Source: Candidatus Marinacidobacterales bacterium (GTDB lineage Bacteria; Acidobacteriota; Vicinamibacteria; Marinacidobacterales; DATDRI01). From it: a DNA stretch of 64,000 nt. Of the stretch, positions 44,111 to 52,969 are shown in pieces. The position numbers and the translations under genes are program-made. Positions within the stretch are counted from its first letter, which is position 1; every line of letters begins with the position of its first letter. The stretch is taken from positions 5,024,001 through 5,088,000 of the forward strand of contig CBDCNP010000002.1 in assembly GCA_965219415.1 (NCBI GenBank), given 5' to 3'. Below the pieces are notes generated by a model, which did not search any database, had not been told where the DNA came from, and was given only the letters and a program-made list of their open reading frames with translations.

Positions 44111-44977
44111 TTAAGCTGGCGAAGTCCTCATCCGTCGTTCAAACTCGGCCGGACTGACCTGGCCGAGGGTCGAGTGTCGTCGTCTCTGGTTGTAGAATAC
44201 CTCGATGAAGTCGAAGAGGGCCATCTTGGCCTCGCCGCAACTGAGGAAATGCTCCCCAAGCTCGTGCTTGACCGTGGAGAACCAGCTCTCGATGACGGCG
44301 TTGTCGTAGCAGTTGCCCCGTCGGCTCATGCTCCCGGTCATGCCATGCGTCTCAAGGAGACGTTGGTAGTCTTTGCTGGCATACGGACTGCCCTGATCGG
44401 AGTGATGCAAGAGCCCCGCGGCCGGTTGGCGACGTTTCAGTGCCATCCGCAACGCCTTGATAACCAGGTGACGGTCGTTAATAGCACTTACGGCCCACCC
44501 AACGAGGAATCGCGAGTAGAGGTCGAGGAGCGCCGCGAGATAAAGCTTCCCGCCGCTGCCGATCACGAACTCGGTCGTGTCCCCGACCCACCGTTGGTTC
44601 GGCGCATCGGCGACGAAGTCTTGCCCGAGCACATTGGCCGCGACGGGCTGGCCATGACCGCTTACCGTCGTGCGCTTGAAGCGTTTGCGTACTCGAGCAA
44701 TGAGGCCTTCTGCCTGTTTCAACCGAATCACCCGCTTCCGACTCACTCGATACCCCTGCTCGTGCAGGTCGTGATAAATCCGCGGACTCCCATAGGTGCG
44801 GCGACTCGCCTCATGGGAGGCACGAATCAACACGCGCAACTGGCGGTCCCGGCGCGCGTGGGCCGACGGCGGCCGACGTACCCAGGCATAAAAGCCACTC
44901 CGAGAGACGTTGAGAATCTGACACAGGTGAACGACCGGTACGGTGGCCTTCTCCGCCTGGATGAACGCGAATCTTAC
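44111..44977 (-). CDS. IS3 OrfB DDE transposase
   Basis: YGSPRI, WVGDTT, HHSDQGSPY, GNCYDNAVIE, YNQRRRHSTLG. Confidence 0.92.
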   Translation of the reverse strand, partial: VRFAFIQAEKATVPVVHLCQILNVSRSGFYAWVRRPPSAHARRDRQLRVLIRASHEASRRTYGSPRIYHDLHEQGYRVSRKRVIRLKQAEGLIARVRKRFKRTTVSGHGQPVAANVLGQDFVADAPNQRWVGDTTEFVIGSGGKLYLAALLDLYSRFLVGWAVSAINDRHLVIKALRMALKRRQPAAGLLHHSDQGSPYASKDYQRLLETHGMTGSMSRRGNCYDNAVIESWFSTVKHELGEHFLSCGEAKMALFDFIEVFYNQRRRHSTLGQVSPAEFERRMRTSPA

Positions 44978-45291
44978 TCGCTCTCCTTCGCGAAGAAGGC
45001 CGCGGCTTTTTTTAAAACGTCGCGCTCCACCCGCAACCGCCGATTCTCTTTGCGGAGCCGCCGAAGCTCCTCGCGTTCCACGCCCGTCAAGCCCGTCCGG
45101 CCCTTCGTCCGATCGGCCCGGGCCTGACGGACCCAGTTGCGAAACGCCGATTCGGTGAGGTCAAGCTCCCGGGCCACCCGACCCACGCTCTGGCCCTCAT
45201 CAAGCACCAGCCGGACCGCGCCTGCCTTAAACTCGTCATCAAACTCCCGGCGGGGTCGCCGGGGCTGCGTTGTCTTTGCCATTGTGGACAT
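44974..45291 (-). CDS. IS3 OrfA
   Basis: FK..AVRLV, VARELD, ERDVLKKAAAFFA. Confidence 0.92.
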   Translation of the reverse strand: MSTMAKTTQPRRPRREFDDEFKAGAVRLVLDEGQSVGRVARELDLTESAFRNWVRQARADRTKGRTGLTGVEREELRRLRKENRRLRVERDVLKKAAAFFAKESE

Positions 45292-46149
45292 CGTATCCGC
45301 CTTTCAGAAAGTGTCCACGAAACTGGATCAAGCCCAACGCACCGAGGCGAGCTCTTGCATCGTCGGAGTGACGAGGCCGAGAAGGTCGTGGCATCCACAT
45401 GCTGTCGGATGAGATGCACGACGGTCTGTTCCAGCATCGGGGCGGGCAGTCGCCAGCCGGAGAGGTCCTTTTGGCCACTGTGCTGGATGAGGCGCCGGGA
45501 GACGTAGTAGCGGAGCCGTTGCCCGTTTTTCTTTTTGGTGTGGCTCGGCGTCAGCCGGTCCCCGGTCTCATCGAAGAGCTTGCCTGCCAGTGGGGAACGG
45601 GTTGCATGGCCCTTCGTCGTGCGTCTCCTTGGTTTGGCAGCCCCTGCCTGCAGCTGCGTTTGGACCGCGTCCCAGAGCTCCGGAGCGATGATCGATGGAT
45701 GCTGGCCCTCGTAGACACGCCTCTGGTGCCGGATGCGGCCGGCGTAGAGAGGATTGGTCAGCAGGCAGTGGAGGTGTCCGCGACGGAACGGCAGCCCGCC
45801 CGTTAGGGTTCCATCCGCGGCGAAGCGTCGCTTGGTGCGCAGTCCCAGACGGTCCGCGTCGGCCTTCACCTGCCGGAGCGTTCCGTGCTGCCGGTACAGC
45901 GCATAGAGCGTCCGGACCGTTTCGGCCTCAGCCTCGTTGATGCGCAGCGTGCGCTCGTCCTTCTCATAGCCGAGCGGTACGCGGCCGCCCATCCATAGTC
46001 CCTTGCGCTTGGAGGCAGCGACCTTATCGCGGATCCGCTCGGCCGTGACTTCTCGCTCGAATTGTGCGAAGGACAGCAGCATATGCAGCGTCAGTCGTCC
46101 CATGCTGGTCGCGGTGTTGAAGGACTGAGTCACCGAGACGAAAACCGCG

Positions 46150-46341
46150 CCGGGTTGCGGCCGAATGCCCGCCATAGGTCCGGCACTGGCGTTCGTACGC
46201 GAGAACGCGGCACAGGAAAGCGCGTGAGAACGAACTTGGCGGAGCAGCCTCGAAGGTCTGCTCCCAGACCCGCCGCAGGCTAGGAAGGTCCAAACCGTCC
46301 AGAACGACCCTCCGGCCAGCTCTTGTATCCTGCGGCATCAC
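46150..46341 (-). pseudogene. DUF2924-like N-terminal fragment
   Basis: LRRVW..F...PP..SR.FL.R.LAYE.Q..YGG; usual upstream partner of this recombinase type. Confidence 0.6.
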
Positions 46342-46399
46342 CGGACGTTCGCTCTTTTGCGCCGTAAAGTCCAGTCCAATGGGCGCTTCCGCGGGTGCG

Positions 46400-46606
46400 C
46401 AGTTCGCGGCCTGCAGCTCGTCCTGCAGCCGATTTGAGCCAGCCAGCCGTGCGTACCCCAGTGGGCCTGTCGCCCGCCACCCGCAGCCCAGGGGTCGGAA
46501 GCCAGCCCTGCGGCTCGAAATACTCTGGATTCTGCACGGATTCCAAGGGCGTCTAAGCTGCTGATTTGTGGTCTATTGCAAAAGGGCCGAGTTTTGGCAC
46601 AGGACG
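46400..46606 (+). repeat. ~200-bp imperfect direct repeat (copy 1) ending in transposon-end type B
   Basis: Aligns with ~47425-47632; ends CTAAGCTGCTGATTT..GGGCCGAGTTTTGGCACAGGACG. Confidence 0.85.
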
Positions 46607-46702
46607 GGAAGGCCGGGTTGGCATCCAGCTCCTCGCCCGACACGACGAGCCGCGCTTGGAGTTGGTAGAGGCCGGTCGCCCTTGGAGCTTCGACGGCGAT
46701 GG

Positions 46703-46800
46703 GGCTGTGCCCTCTATTTATTCATCCGTGCGCGCCGAACTTGATCGGTCTCCGGTCTCCCGGGACCATGCCTGCATGATCTCGTCGTTTGTTCGCGCTC
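46703..46800 (+). repeat. ~100-bp imperfect inverted repeat with 47816-47913
   Basis: GGCTGTGCCCTCTATTTATTCA..GTTTGTTCGCGCTC versus its reverse complement. Confidence 0.8.
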
Positions 46801-46882
46801 GGCCTTGGCACGGCCGCAAACACAAACACTAAGTTGCTGATTTATGGGCTATTTCAAAAGGGCCGAGCTTTGGCACAGGACG
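46801..46882 (+). repeat. Transposon-end repeat type B
   Basis: Other copies end at 46606, 47632, 47931, 57881 and 59518 (degenerate); minus-strand copies start at 48085 and 51466. Confidence 0.85.
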
Positions 46883-46941
46883 GCGTGGGCCTAGTTGTCC
46901 CCGTCGCCGTGCGCCATCTTGATTGCGAAGGTTGGATTACC

Positions 46942-47259
46942 TCAAGCTTTGCGCAGCCGCTTCACCGCAAGCACCACCAGAACCAGCGCCAGGATCAAAA
47001 GACCGAACATGAGCCCGGGGCTCATCCCGGTCTCCGCTGCCGTCGCCTCATCCGTTTCAGCGGTGGACTCTGCCATTTCTTCTACCGATTCGGCAGCCGA
47101 GTCCGCCATCTCGCCAGCAGCCTCAGCGGCTTCCCCAGCGGCGTCGGTTACCGCTTCCGATTCCTGCACGGCCTCCGATTCCTGCGCGGCGATGGCGTGG
47201 GTGAAACCCACTATCAACATAAGAGTTGCGATCGCAGCGAAACCAAAGATTCTCTTCAT
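46942..47259 (-). CDS. Small secreted acidic protein with C-terminal TM anchor and basic tail
   Basis: AGGAGGG RBS, signal peptide, E/A-rich linker, TM helix, KRLRKA. Confidence 0.8.
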   Translation of the reverse strand: MKRIFGFAAIATLMLIVGFTHAIAAQESEAVQESEAVTDAAGEAAEAAGEMADSAAESVEEMAESTAETDEATAAETGMSPGLMFGLLILALVLVVLAVKRLRKA

Positions 47260-47424
47260 CGCTCCCTCCTAATAGAACCCAACAATGCCATATATACAAA
47301 ATGTGAGAACGATGCAAGCGAAAGAAAGCCAGAGACGTTTGCCCCGAAGCCCACCACTCCTTAGGCCCGCCCAGGAGGATGCCGCGGAAGCGCAGGCGGC
47401 CGGTCCTCATGATCGGCGGACGGG

Positions 47425-47632
47425 TGCGAAGTCCGCTACCCGCAGCTCGCCCGGCAGCCGATTTGAGCCAGCCGTGCGCACGCCCGGTGGGCCTGTCGCT
47501 CGCCACCCGCAGCCCAGGGGGCAGAAGCCAGCCCTGCGGCGCGAAATACCCTCGATTCTGCGCGGATTCCAAGGGCGTCTAAGCTGCTGATTTGTGGTCT
47601 ATTTCTAAAGGGCCGAGTTTTGGCACAGGACG
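47425..47632 (+). repeat. ~200-bp imperfect direct repeat (copy 2)
   Basis: See 46400-46606. Confidence 0.85.
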
Positions 47633-47936
47633 GGGTCGGAGGCGATGTCGGCGATTCGAGTTCCCCGTACGCGCAGGGAAAACACAGTCCAGCAAGGGGA
47701 TGCCACGCTCCCGAGCGGAAACCTGGGTCCAGGCCCGGGCCGCACTTGGACCAGAACGTGCTAGCCCGCTGCGCCGCGGTAGCCCCGGCCTCGATTCTAG
47801 GTCCTCTAGAGACGAGAGCGCGAACAAACGACGAAATCATGCCGGCACGGTCCCGGCAGACCGGAGACTAATCAAGTTCGGTGCGCACGGGTGAATAAAT
47901 AGAAGGCACAGCCGAGTTTTGGCACAGGACGGGCTG

Positions 47937-47964
47937 GCCGCCAACACTTAATTGCGGAAGCACC
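47937..47964 (-). repeat. Orphan IS1-like terminal IR (unoccupied)
   Basis: Reverse complement GGTGCTTCCGCAATTAAGTGTTGGCGGC. Confidence 0.65.
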
Positions 47965-48443
47965 GCACAGGACGCGGTCTTGAGTTCGTTTGTGTTTTTG
48001 GACACGACGCGTTGGGCCCACGGACCAGGATCTCTCCATCCTTCGCGATCCTGACCTCGACTCCCTCGACGGGCTGTCCTACCGCGTCCTGTGCCAAAAC
48101 TCGGCCCTTTTGAAATAGGCCATAAATCAGCAGCTTAGTGTCTGTGTTTGCGACCGGGCCAAGGGCCGTGGGCTTTACAATCGTCTTGGGCGGGCGGGTC
48201 GTCACCATGCAGATGACCAGGTGCTTCCGCCATAAACTGTTGGCAGCCGAGCTCTAACCCGTGTATGTGGTAGAGTTTGAGCTTGAATTTGAGAGACGCA
48301 GTTCTTTCTGCGATGCCGGCTGGGCTGACCACACGGTGGCTGACGTCCAGGGACATCTTCGTGTTCACGCCGACATTCTTATTTATGGTGTTTGCCGACG
48401 CAGGCAGGCCAACTGACACTAGCATTCAAACGCGGCGTAGCAA

Positions 48444-49890
48444 CATATCTGGACTCCTCTAGTCAAGCCCCTTTCTTTCTAGTCACGCCCCTTTCTTAAT
48501 AAATCTTCCATCGAAGCTGCGCATCCATCGCGTCGTGACGAGTGGGTCAGACTGCAAACGTATCTTCGGCCTCAGTGAGGAGCGTCTTGGGTGCTCCGGG
48601 CCATGATGGAAAATCCGCGCGCGAGGAGCCAATCACTTTGAACGACCTCTTAGGGCCAGTGTTGCTATTGGCTTGACCCCGCGCCGGTCCGACCGGTACG
48701 CCATCAGTTGGATGGGTATCGTCGCAGCCTCTTTTGGAAGGGAAAAAGGAAAACACGAAAGTGGAGCCTCTAAATCTAAGCGGCCACCGGCGACTGGAAT
48801 TCACTCTCGCGGGTGGAGACGGCCCAGACGATCCGGGCGAGTTTGTTGGCGACAGCAATCACGGCCTTGTTGTGTCCCCGCGAGCGGTGGACCTTCCGAG
48901 CCCAGGCGCGGAGCTTGTCGGGCGGGCTCTTGCTGACGTTCGCCGCGCGGAGCACGGCGCGCCCGCCCTGGGTGAGGAGCATACGGAGGTAGGAGTCGCC
49001 ACGCTTGGTGATGCGTCCGAGGCGGCGAATGTCGCCACTGGAGTTTTCCTTGGGAACTAGGCCGAGGTAGCTCGAGAAGCGGCGCCCCGATGGGAAGCGG
49101 CGAAGATCGCCGACGAAGCCCACGATGGCGGTCGCGGCCAGAAGTCCGATGCCGGGAATGGCGAGAAGTCGTTGGACTTCAGGAAGCTGCTTGGTGAGCG
49201 CCTTGAGCTCGTGCTCGATGCTAGCGCACTTGTCCTTGAGTTCTCGAATCTCGGAGCAGGCATCACGGAGATGCGAACGGAGCACGTCGGGCAAATCAGA
49301 ATCAGCGTCTTCGACGAGTTCGAAGAGGGCGGGCACGACGAAGTGAGCGCCCTTTGGGATGATGAATCCGAGTTCGCGCAGGAGCCCGCGTACGGCATTG
49401 ATGCGTGCGGTCCGTGTGGAGAGCCATCCTGAGCGCAGGCGATGGAGCGCAGCGAGGGTGTGCTGGTGCACGGACTTGATGGGTACGGGAAGAAGCTCCT
49501 CGTTCCTGTAGGCCTCGAGCAACGCCTTCGTGTCGGCGCGGTCGTTCTTGCTCCCGCGTCGATACGGCCTCACGAGGTGAGGTGGGAGCAGGACGACGTC
49601 GTGTCCCAACCTTCGGAACGTCCTTGCCCAGAAGTGAGCCGAGCCGCAGGCTTCGAGAAGCACGGTGGCAGCGCTCTGTTTGGCAAAGAACGACACCAAT
49701 TTGGGTCGACTCACACGGAGTTGCTTGGACACCTTCCCCGCTTCTCCCGAGATGGCAATCTCGAAGACGTTCTTTGCAAGATCCACAGCGATTGTCGTAT
49801 CTTTCATTCGGACTCCTCCTTTTCGATGCGTATTCGACTGACTTTGGCACATCGATGCCGTCTATGTCAGTGGAGGAGTCCATTCCATCA
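48444..49890 (-). mobile_element. IS110-family, IS1111-type element, copy 1
   Basis: 1447 bp including both TG cores; sub-terminal IR TGGACTCCTC/GAGGAGTCCA; inverted copy of 51520-52966. Confidence 0.92.
48776..49807 (-). CDS. IS110-family DEDD recombinase
   Basis: AVDLAK, LEAC, KNDRAD, YLGLVPKENSSG, AVANKLARI. Confidence 0.95.
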   Translation of the reverse strand: MKDTTIAVDLAKNVFEIAISGEAGKVSKQLRVSRPKLVSFFAKQSAATVLLEACGSAHFWARTFRRLGHDVVLLPPHLVRPYRRGSKNDRADTKALLEAYRNEELLPVPIKSVHQHTLAALHRLRSGWLSTRTARINAVRGLLRELGFIIPKGAHFVVPALFELVEDADSDLPDVLRSHLRDACSEIRELKDKCASIEHELKALTKQLPEVQRLLAIPGIGLLAATAIVGFVGDLRRFPSGRRFSSYLGLVPKENSSGDIRRLGRITKRGDSYLRMLLTQGGRAVLRAANVSKSPPDKLRAWARKVHRSRGHNKAVIAVANKLARIVWAVSTRESEFQSPVAA

Positions 49891-50004
49891 CTTGATGGCG
49901 GAAGCACCCCCGGAGTGTAACGGAACTGCATGCTGGACCGAGATGGCGCGGATCAGGATAGGATAGCGGGCAGGACCGGCAACGGCTTTCAGGAGAGGAC
50001 CGCC

Positions 50005-51423
50005 ATGGCGAGTAAAGAGAAATTGCAGGCGTTTGTTGACGGATTTTGGGACGACGAGATCCTTCCCACCATCCAGGACTACATTCGCGTTCCCAACGTA
50101 TCTCCGGTGTTCGATCCCGACTGGGAACAAAACGGGCACATGGAGAAGGCGCACGAGCTTGCAAAGCGCTGGGTGGAGACGCATAAACCCGAAGGCTCGA
50201 CGCTCCACGTGGGGCGGTTGCCCGGTCGCACCCCGCTGCTGCTGTTAGAAGTGCCCGGAAAGAGCGATCGGACGGTTGTCATGTACGGGCATCTGGATAA
50301 ACAGCCGGAAATGACGGGGTGGCGTGATGGGCTCGGCCCTTGGGAGCCGGTAATGGAGGGCGAGAAACTCTATGGTCGTGGCGGGGCCGATGACGGCTAC
50401 GCAGTTTTCGCCTCGGTCTGTGCCCTACACGCGCTTCGTGCCCAGAATCTGGACCACGCGCGGGTGGTTGCCATCATCGAGTTCTCTGAGGAGAGCGGCT
50501 CTCCGGACCTTCCTGCTTACGTGGATCATTTCGAGGAACTGCTCGGCCAGCCCGAGCTCGTCGTTTGCCTGGATTCGGGAGCCGGCAATTACGATCAGTT
50601 CTGGTCTACGATCTCGCTGCGTGGGCTAGTGGGCGGCAAATTGAAGGTGCAGGTGCTTCAGGAAGGCGTCCATTCCGGCGATGCGAGCGGTATCGTCCCA
50701 TCCTCCTTCCGACTGTTTCGACCGTTGCTGGATCGTTTGGAAGATGCCGCGACGGGCCGGGTTCTGCCCGACGCCCTTCGTGTCGACATCCCCGCGCAGC
50801 GGGTCGAACAAGCGCGCCGGGTCGCCGAAGTTCTGAAAGACGGAGTGTACAGCAAGTTTCCGTGGATGAGTGGGATGAGGCCGGTCGAAGAAGATCCGAC
50901 CGAGCTCATCTTGAATCGCACTTGGCGACCCCAACTCGAGATCACCGGCCAGGACGGAATTCCCCCCGTGCAAAAGGCCGGCAATGTGCTGAGGCCCTAC
51001 ACGACCCTCAATCTGTCGCTACGGCTCCCGCCCACTCTCGCAACCGAGAAGGCGAAAGCCGTGGTGAAGGAACTTCTGGAAAAGGATCCGCCATACGGAG
51101 CCCATGTATCCGTCGAGTTCAACGAGCCGGCACAAGGTTGGAGCGCACCCGAGCTTTCTCCATGGCTCGGTCAGGCGATCGGGGAGGCCTCGGAGACTTT
51201 TTACGGAAAACCCGCCATGCACATGGGCGAGGGAGGCTCGATACCTTTCATGGGGATGTTGGGCGAGAAGTTCCCCAGCGCCCAGTTCGTGATCACCGGT
51301 GTACTGGGCCCCCAAAGCAACGCCCACGGACCCAACGAGTTCTTACACGTCGGGTACGCCAAGAAGCTCACCGCGTGTACGGCGCATATTCTGGGGAAAC
51401 ACCTGGAGAGCTCGGGGCGCTAG
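50005..51423 (+). CDS. M20-family metallopeptidase
   Basis: AGGAGAGG RBS. YGHLDKQP, YGRGGADDG, EESGS, HSG, GGSIP, AHGPNE. Confidence 0.92.
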   Translation: MASKEKLQAFVDGFWDDEILPTIQDYIRVPNVSPVFDPDWEQNGHMEKAHELAKRWVETHKPEGSTLHVGRLPGRTPLLLLEVPGKSDRTVVMYGHLDKQPEMTGWRDGLGPWEPVMEGEKLYGRGGADDGYAVFASVCALHALRAQNLDHARVVAIIEFSEESGSPDLPAYVDHFEELLGQPELVVCLDSGAGNYDQFWSTISLRGLVGGKLKVQVLQEGVHSGDASGIVPSSFRLFRPLLDRLEDAATGRVLPDALRVDIPAQRVEQARRVAEVLKDGVYSKFPWMSGMRPVEEDPTELILNRTWRPQLEITGQDGIPPVQKAGNVLRPYTTLNLSLRLPPTLATEKAKAVVKELLEKDPPYGAHVSVEFNEPAQGWSAPELSPWLGQAIGEASETFYGKPAMHMGEGGSIPFMGMLGEKFPSAQFVITGVLGPQSNAHGPNEFLHVGYAKKLTACTAHILGKHLESSGR

Positions 51424-51602
51424 ACGGACACCCGCCGCGGTAGCCCCAGCCTCGATTCTGGACCCCGTCCTGTGCCAAAACTCAGCCCTTTTGAATAGGC
51501 CGGTGCTTCCGCCATCAAGTGATGGAATGGACTCCTCCACTGACATAGACGGCATCGATGTGCCAAAGTCAGTCGAATACGCATCGAAAAGGAGGAGTCC
51601 GA

Positions 51603-52634
51603 ATGAAAGATACGACAATCGCTGTGGATCTTGCAAAGAACGTCTTCGAGATTGCCATCTCGGGAGAAGCGGGGAAGGTGTCCAAGCAACTCCGTGTGAG
51701 TCGACCCAAATTGGTGTCGTTCTTTGCCAAACAGAGCGCTGCCACCGTGCTTCTCGAAGCCTGCGGCTCGGCTCACTTCTGGGCAAGGACGTTCCGAAGG
51801 TTGGGACACGACGTCGTCCTGCTCCCACCTCACCTCGTGAGGCCGTATCGACGCGGGAGCAAGAACGACCGCGCCGACACGAAGGCGTTGCTCGAGGCCT
51901 ACAGGAACGAGGAGCTTCTTCCCGTACCCATCAAGTCCGTGCACCAGCACACCCTCGCTGCGCTCCATCGCCTGCGCTCAGGATGGCTCTCCACACGGAC
52001 CGCACGCATCAATGCCGTACGCGGGCTCCTGCGCGAACTCGGATTCATCATCCCAAAGGGCGCTCACTTCGTCGTGCCCGCCCTCTTCGAACTCGTCGAA
52101 GACGCTGATTCTGATTTGCCCGACGTGCTCCGTTCGCATCTCCGTGATGCCTGCTCCGAGATTCGAGAACTCAAGGACAAGTGCGCTAGCATCGAGCACG
52201 AGCTCAAGGCGCTCACCAAGCAGCTTCCTGAAGTCCAACGACTTCTCGCCATTCCCGGCATCGGACTTCTGGCCGCGACCGCCATCGTGGGCTTCGTCGG
52301 CGATCTTCGCCGCTTCCCATCGGGGCGCCGCTTCTCGAGCTACCTCGGCCTAGTTCCCAAGGAAAACTCCAGTGGCGACATTCGCCGCCTCGGACGCATC
52401 ACCAAGCGTGGCGACTCCTACCTCCGTATGCTCCTCACCCAGGGCGGGCGCGCCGTGCTCCGCGCGGCGAACGTCAGCAAGAGCCCGCCCGACAAGCTCC
52501 GCGCCTGGGCTCGGAAGGTCCACCGCTCGCGGGGACACAACAAGGCCGTGATTGCTGTCGCCAACAAACTCGCCCGGATCGTCTGGGCCGTCTCCACCCG
52601 CGAGAGTGAATTCCAGTCGCCGGTGGCCGCTTAG
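51603..52634 (+). CDS. IS110-family DEDD recombinase
   Basis: GGAGGAG RBS; protein identical to 48776-49807. Confidence 0.95.
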   Translation: MKDTTIAVDLAKNVFEIAISGEAGKVSKQLRVSRPKLVSFFAKQSAATVLLEACGSAHFWARTFRRLGHDVVLLPPHLVRPYRRGSKNDRADTKALLEAYRNEELLPVPIKSVHQHTLAALHRLRSGWLSTRTARINAVRGLLRELGFIIPKGAHFVVPALFELVEDADSDLPDVLRSHLRDACSEIRELKDKCASIEHELKALTKQLPEVQRLLAIPGIGLLAATAIVGFVGDLRRFPSGRRFSSYLGLVPKENSSGDIRRLGRITKRGDSYLRMLLTQGGRAVLRAANVSKSPPDKLRAWARKVHRSRGHNKAVIAVANKLARIVWAVSTRESEFQSPVAA

Positions 52635-52699
52635 ATTTAGAGGCTCCACTTTCGTGTTTTCCTTTTTCCCTTCCAAAAGAGGCTGCGACGATACCCATC

Positions 52700-52865
52700 C
52701 AACTGATGGCGTACCGGTCGGACCGGCGCGGGGTCAAGCCAATAGCAACACTGGCCCTAAGAGGTCGTTCAAAGTGATTGGCTCCTCGCGCGCGGATTTT
52801 CCATCATGGCCCGGAGCACCCAAGACGCTCCTCACTGAGGCCGAAGATACGTTTGCAGTCTGACC
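52700..52865 (+). ncRNA. Predicted bridge/seek RNA of the IS1111-type element (second copy ~48545-48710, minus)
   Basis: Two stem/internal-loop units whose loops match the reconstructed target and the donor junction. Ends approximate. Confidence 0.7.
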
Positions 52866-52969
52866 CACTCGTCACGACGCGATGGATGCGCAGCTTCGAT
52901 GGAAGATTTATTAAGAAAGGGGCGTGACTAGAAAGAAAGGGGCTTGACTAGAGGAGTCCAGATATGTTG

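Larger units (their letters stand above)
44080..45336 (-). mobile_element. IS3-family insertion sequence
   Basis: TG..CA ends, IR TGGGCTTGATCC(G/A)GTTTCGT, 3-bp target duplication ACG (44077-79 / 45337-39), AAAAAAAG slippery site at 45006-45013. Confidence 0.95.
43554..46152 (-). pseudogene. Large serine recombinase, N-terminally deleted, IS3-interrupted and frameshifted
   Basis: FVSVTQSFNT..MGRLTL..FAQFERE..ERIRDK..KG.WMGG..PLGY; C-terminal APDIV.AI..GRQP..LP.DW.EQ. Confidence 0.85.
48220..49908 (+). mobile_element. Internally deleted IS1-like element whose right IR is interrupted by IS110
   Basis: Left IR GGTGCTTCCGCCATAAACTGTTG; remnant AMPAGLTTRWLTSRDIF is homologous to the transposase C-terminus at 52970-53814; right IR ends GCGGAAGCACC. 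Confidence 0.7.
51520..52966 (+). mobile_element. IS110-family, IS1111-type element, copy 2
   Basis: Same length and translated protein as copy 1; TG core at 51520-21 and 52965-66. Confidence 0.92.

Noticed and set aside
46550-47931. CRISPR array from the repeated GGCCGAGTTTTGGCACAGGACG motif
   Set aside because: Spacing is irregular (about 276, 750 and 299 bp), copies occur in both orientations, there are no cas genes, and the motif links to transposase upstream regions.
52944-52966. Junction promoter formed on IS110 circularisation (TTGACT..TATGAT)
   Set aside because: Spacer would be only 13 bp, so it is not supportable as a sigma-70 promoter from sequence alone.
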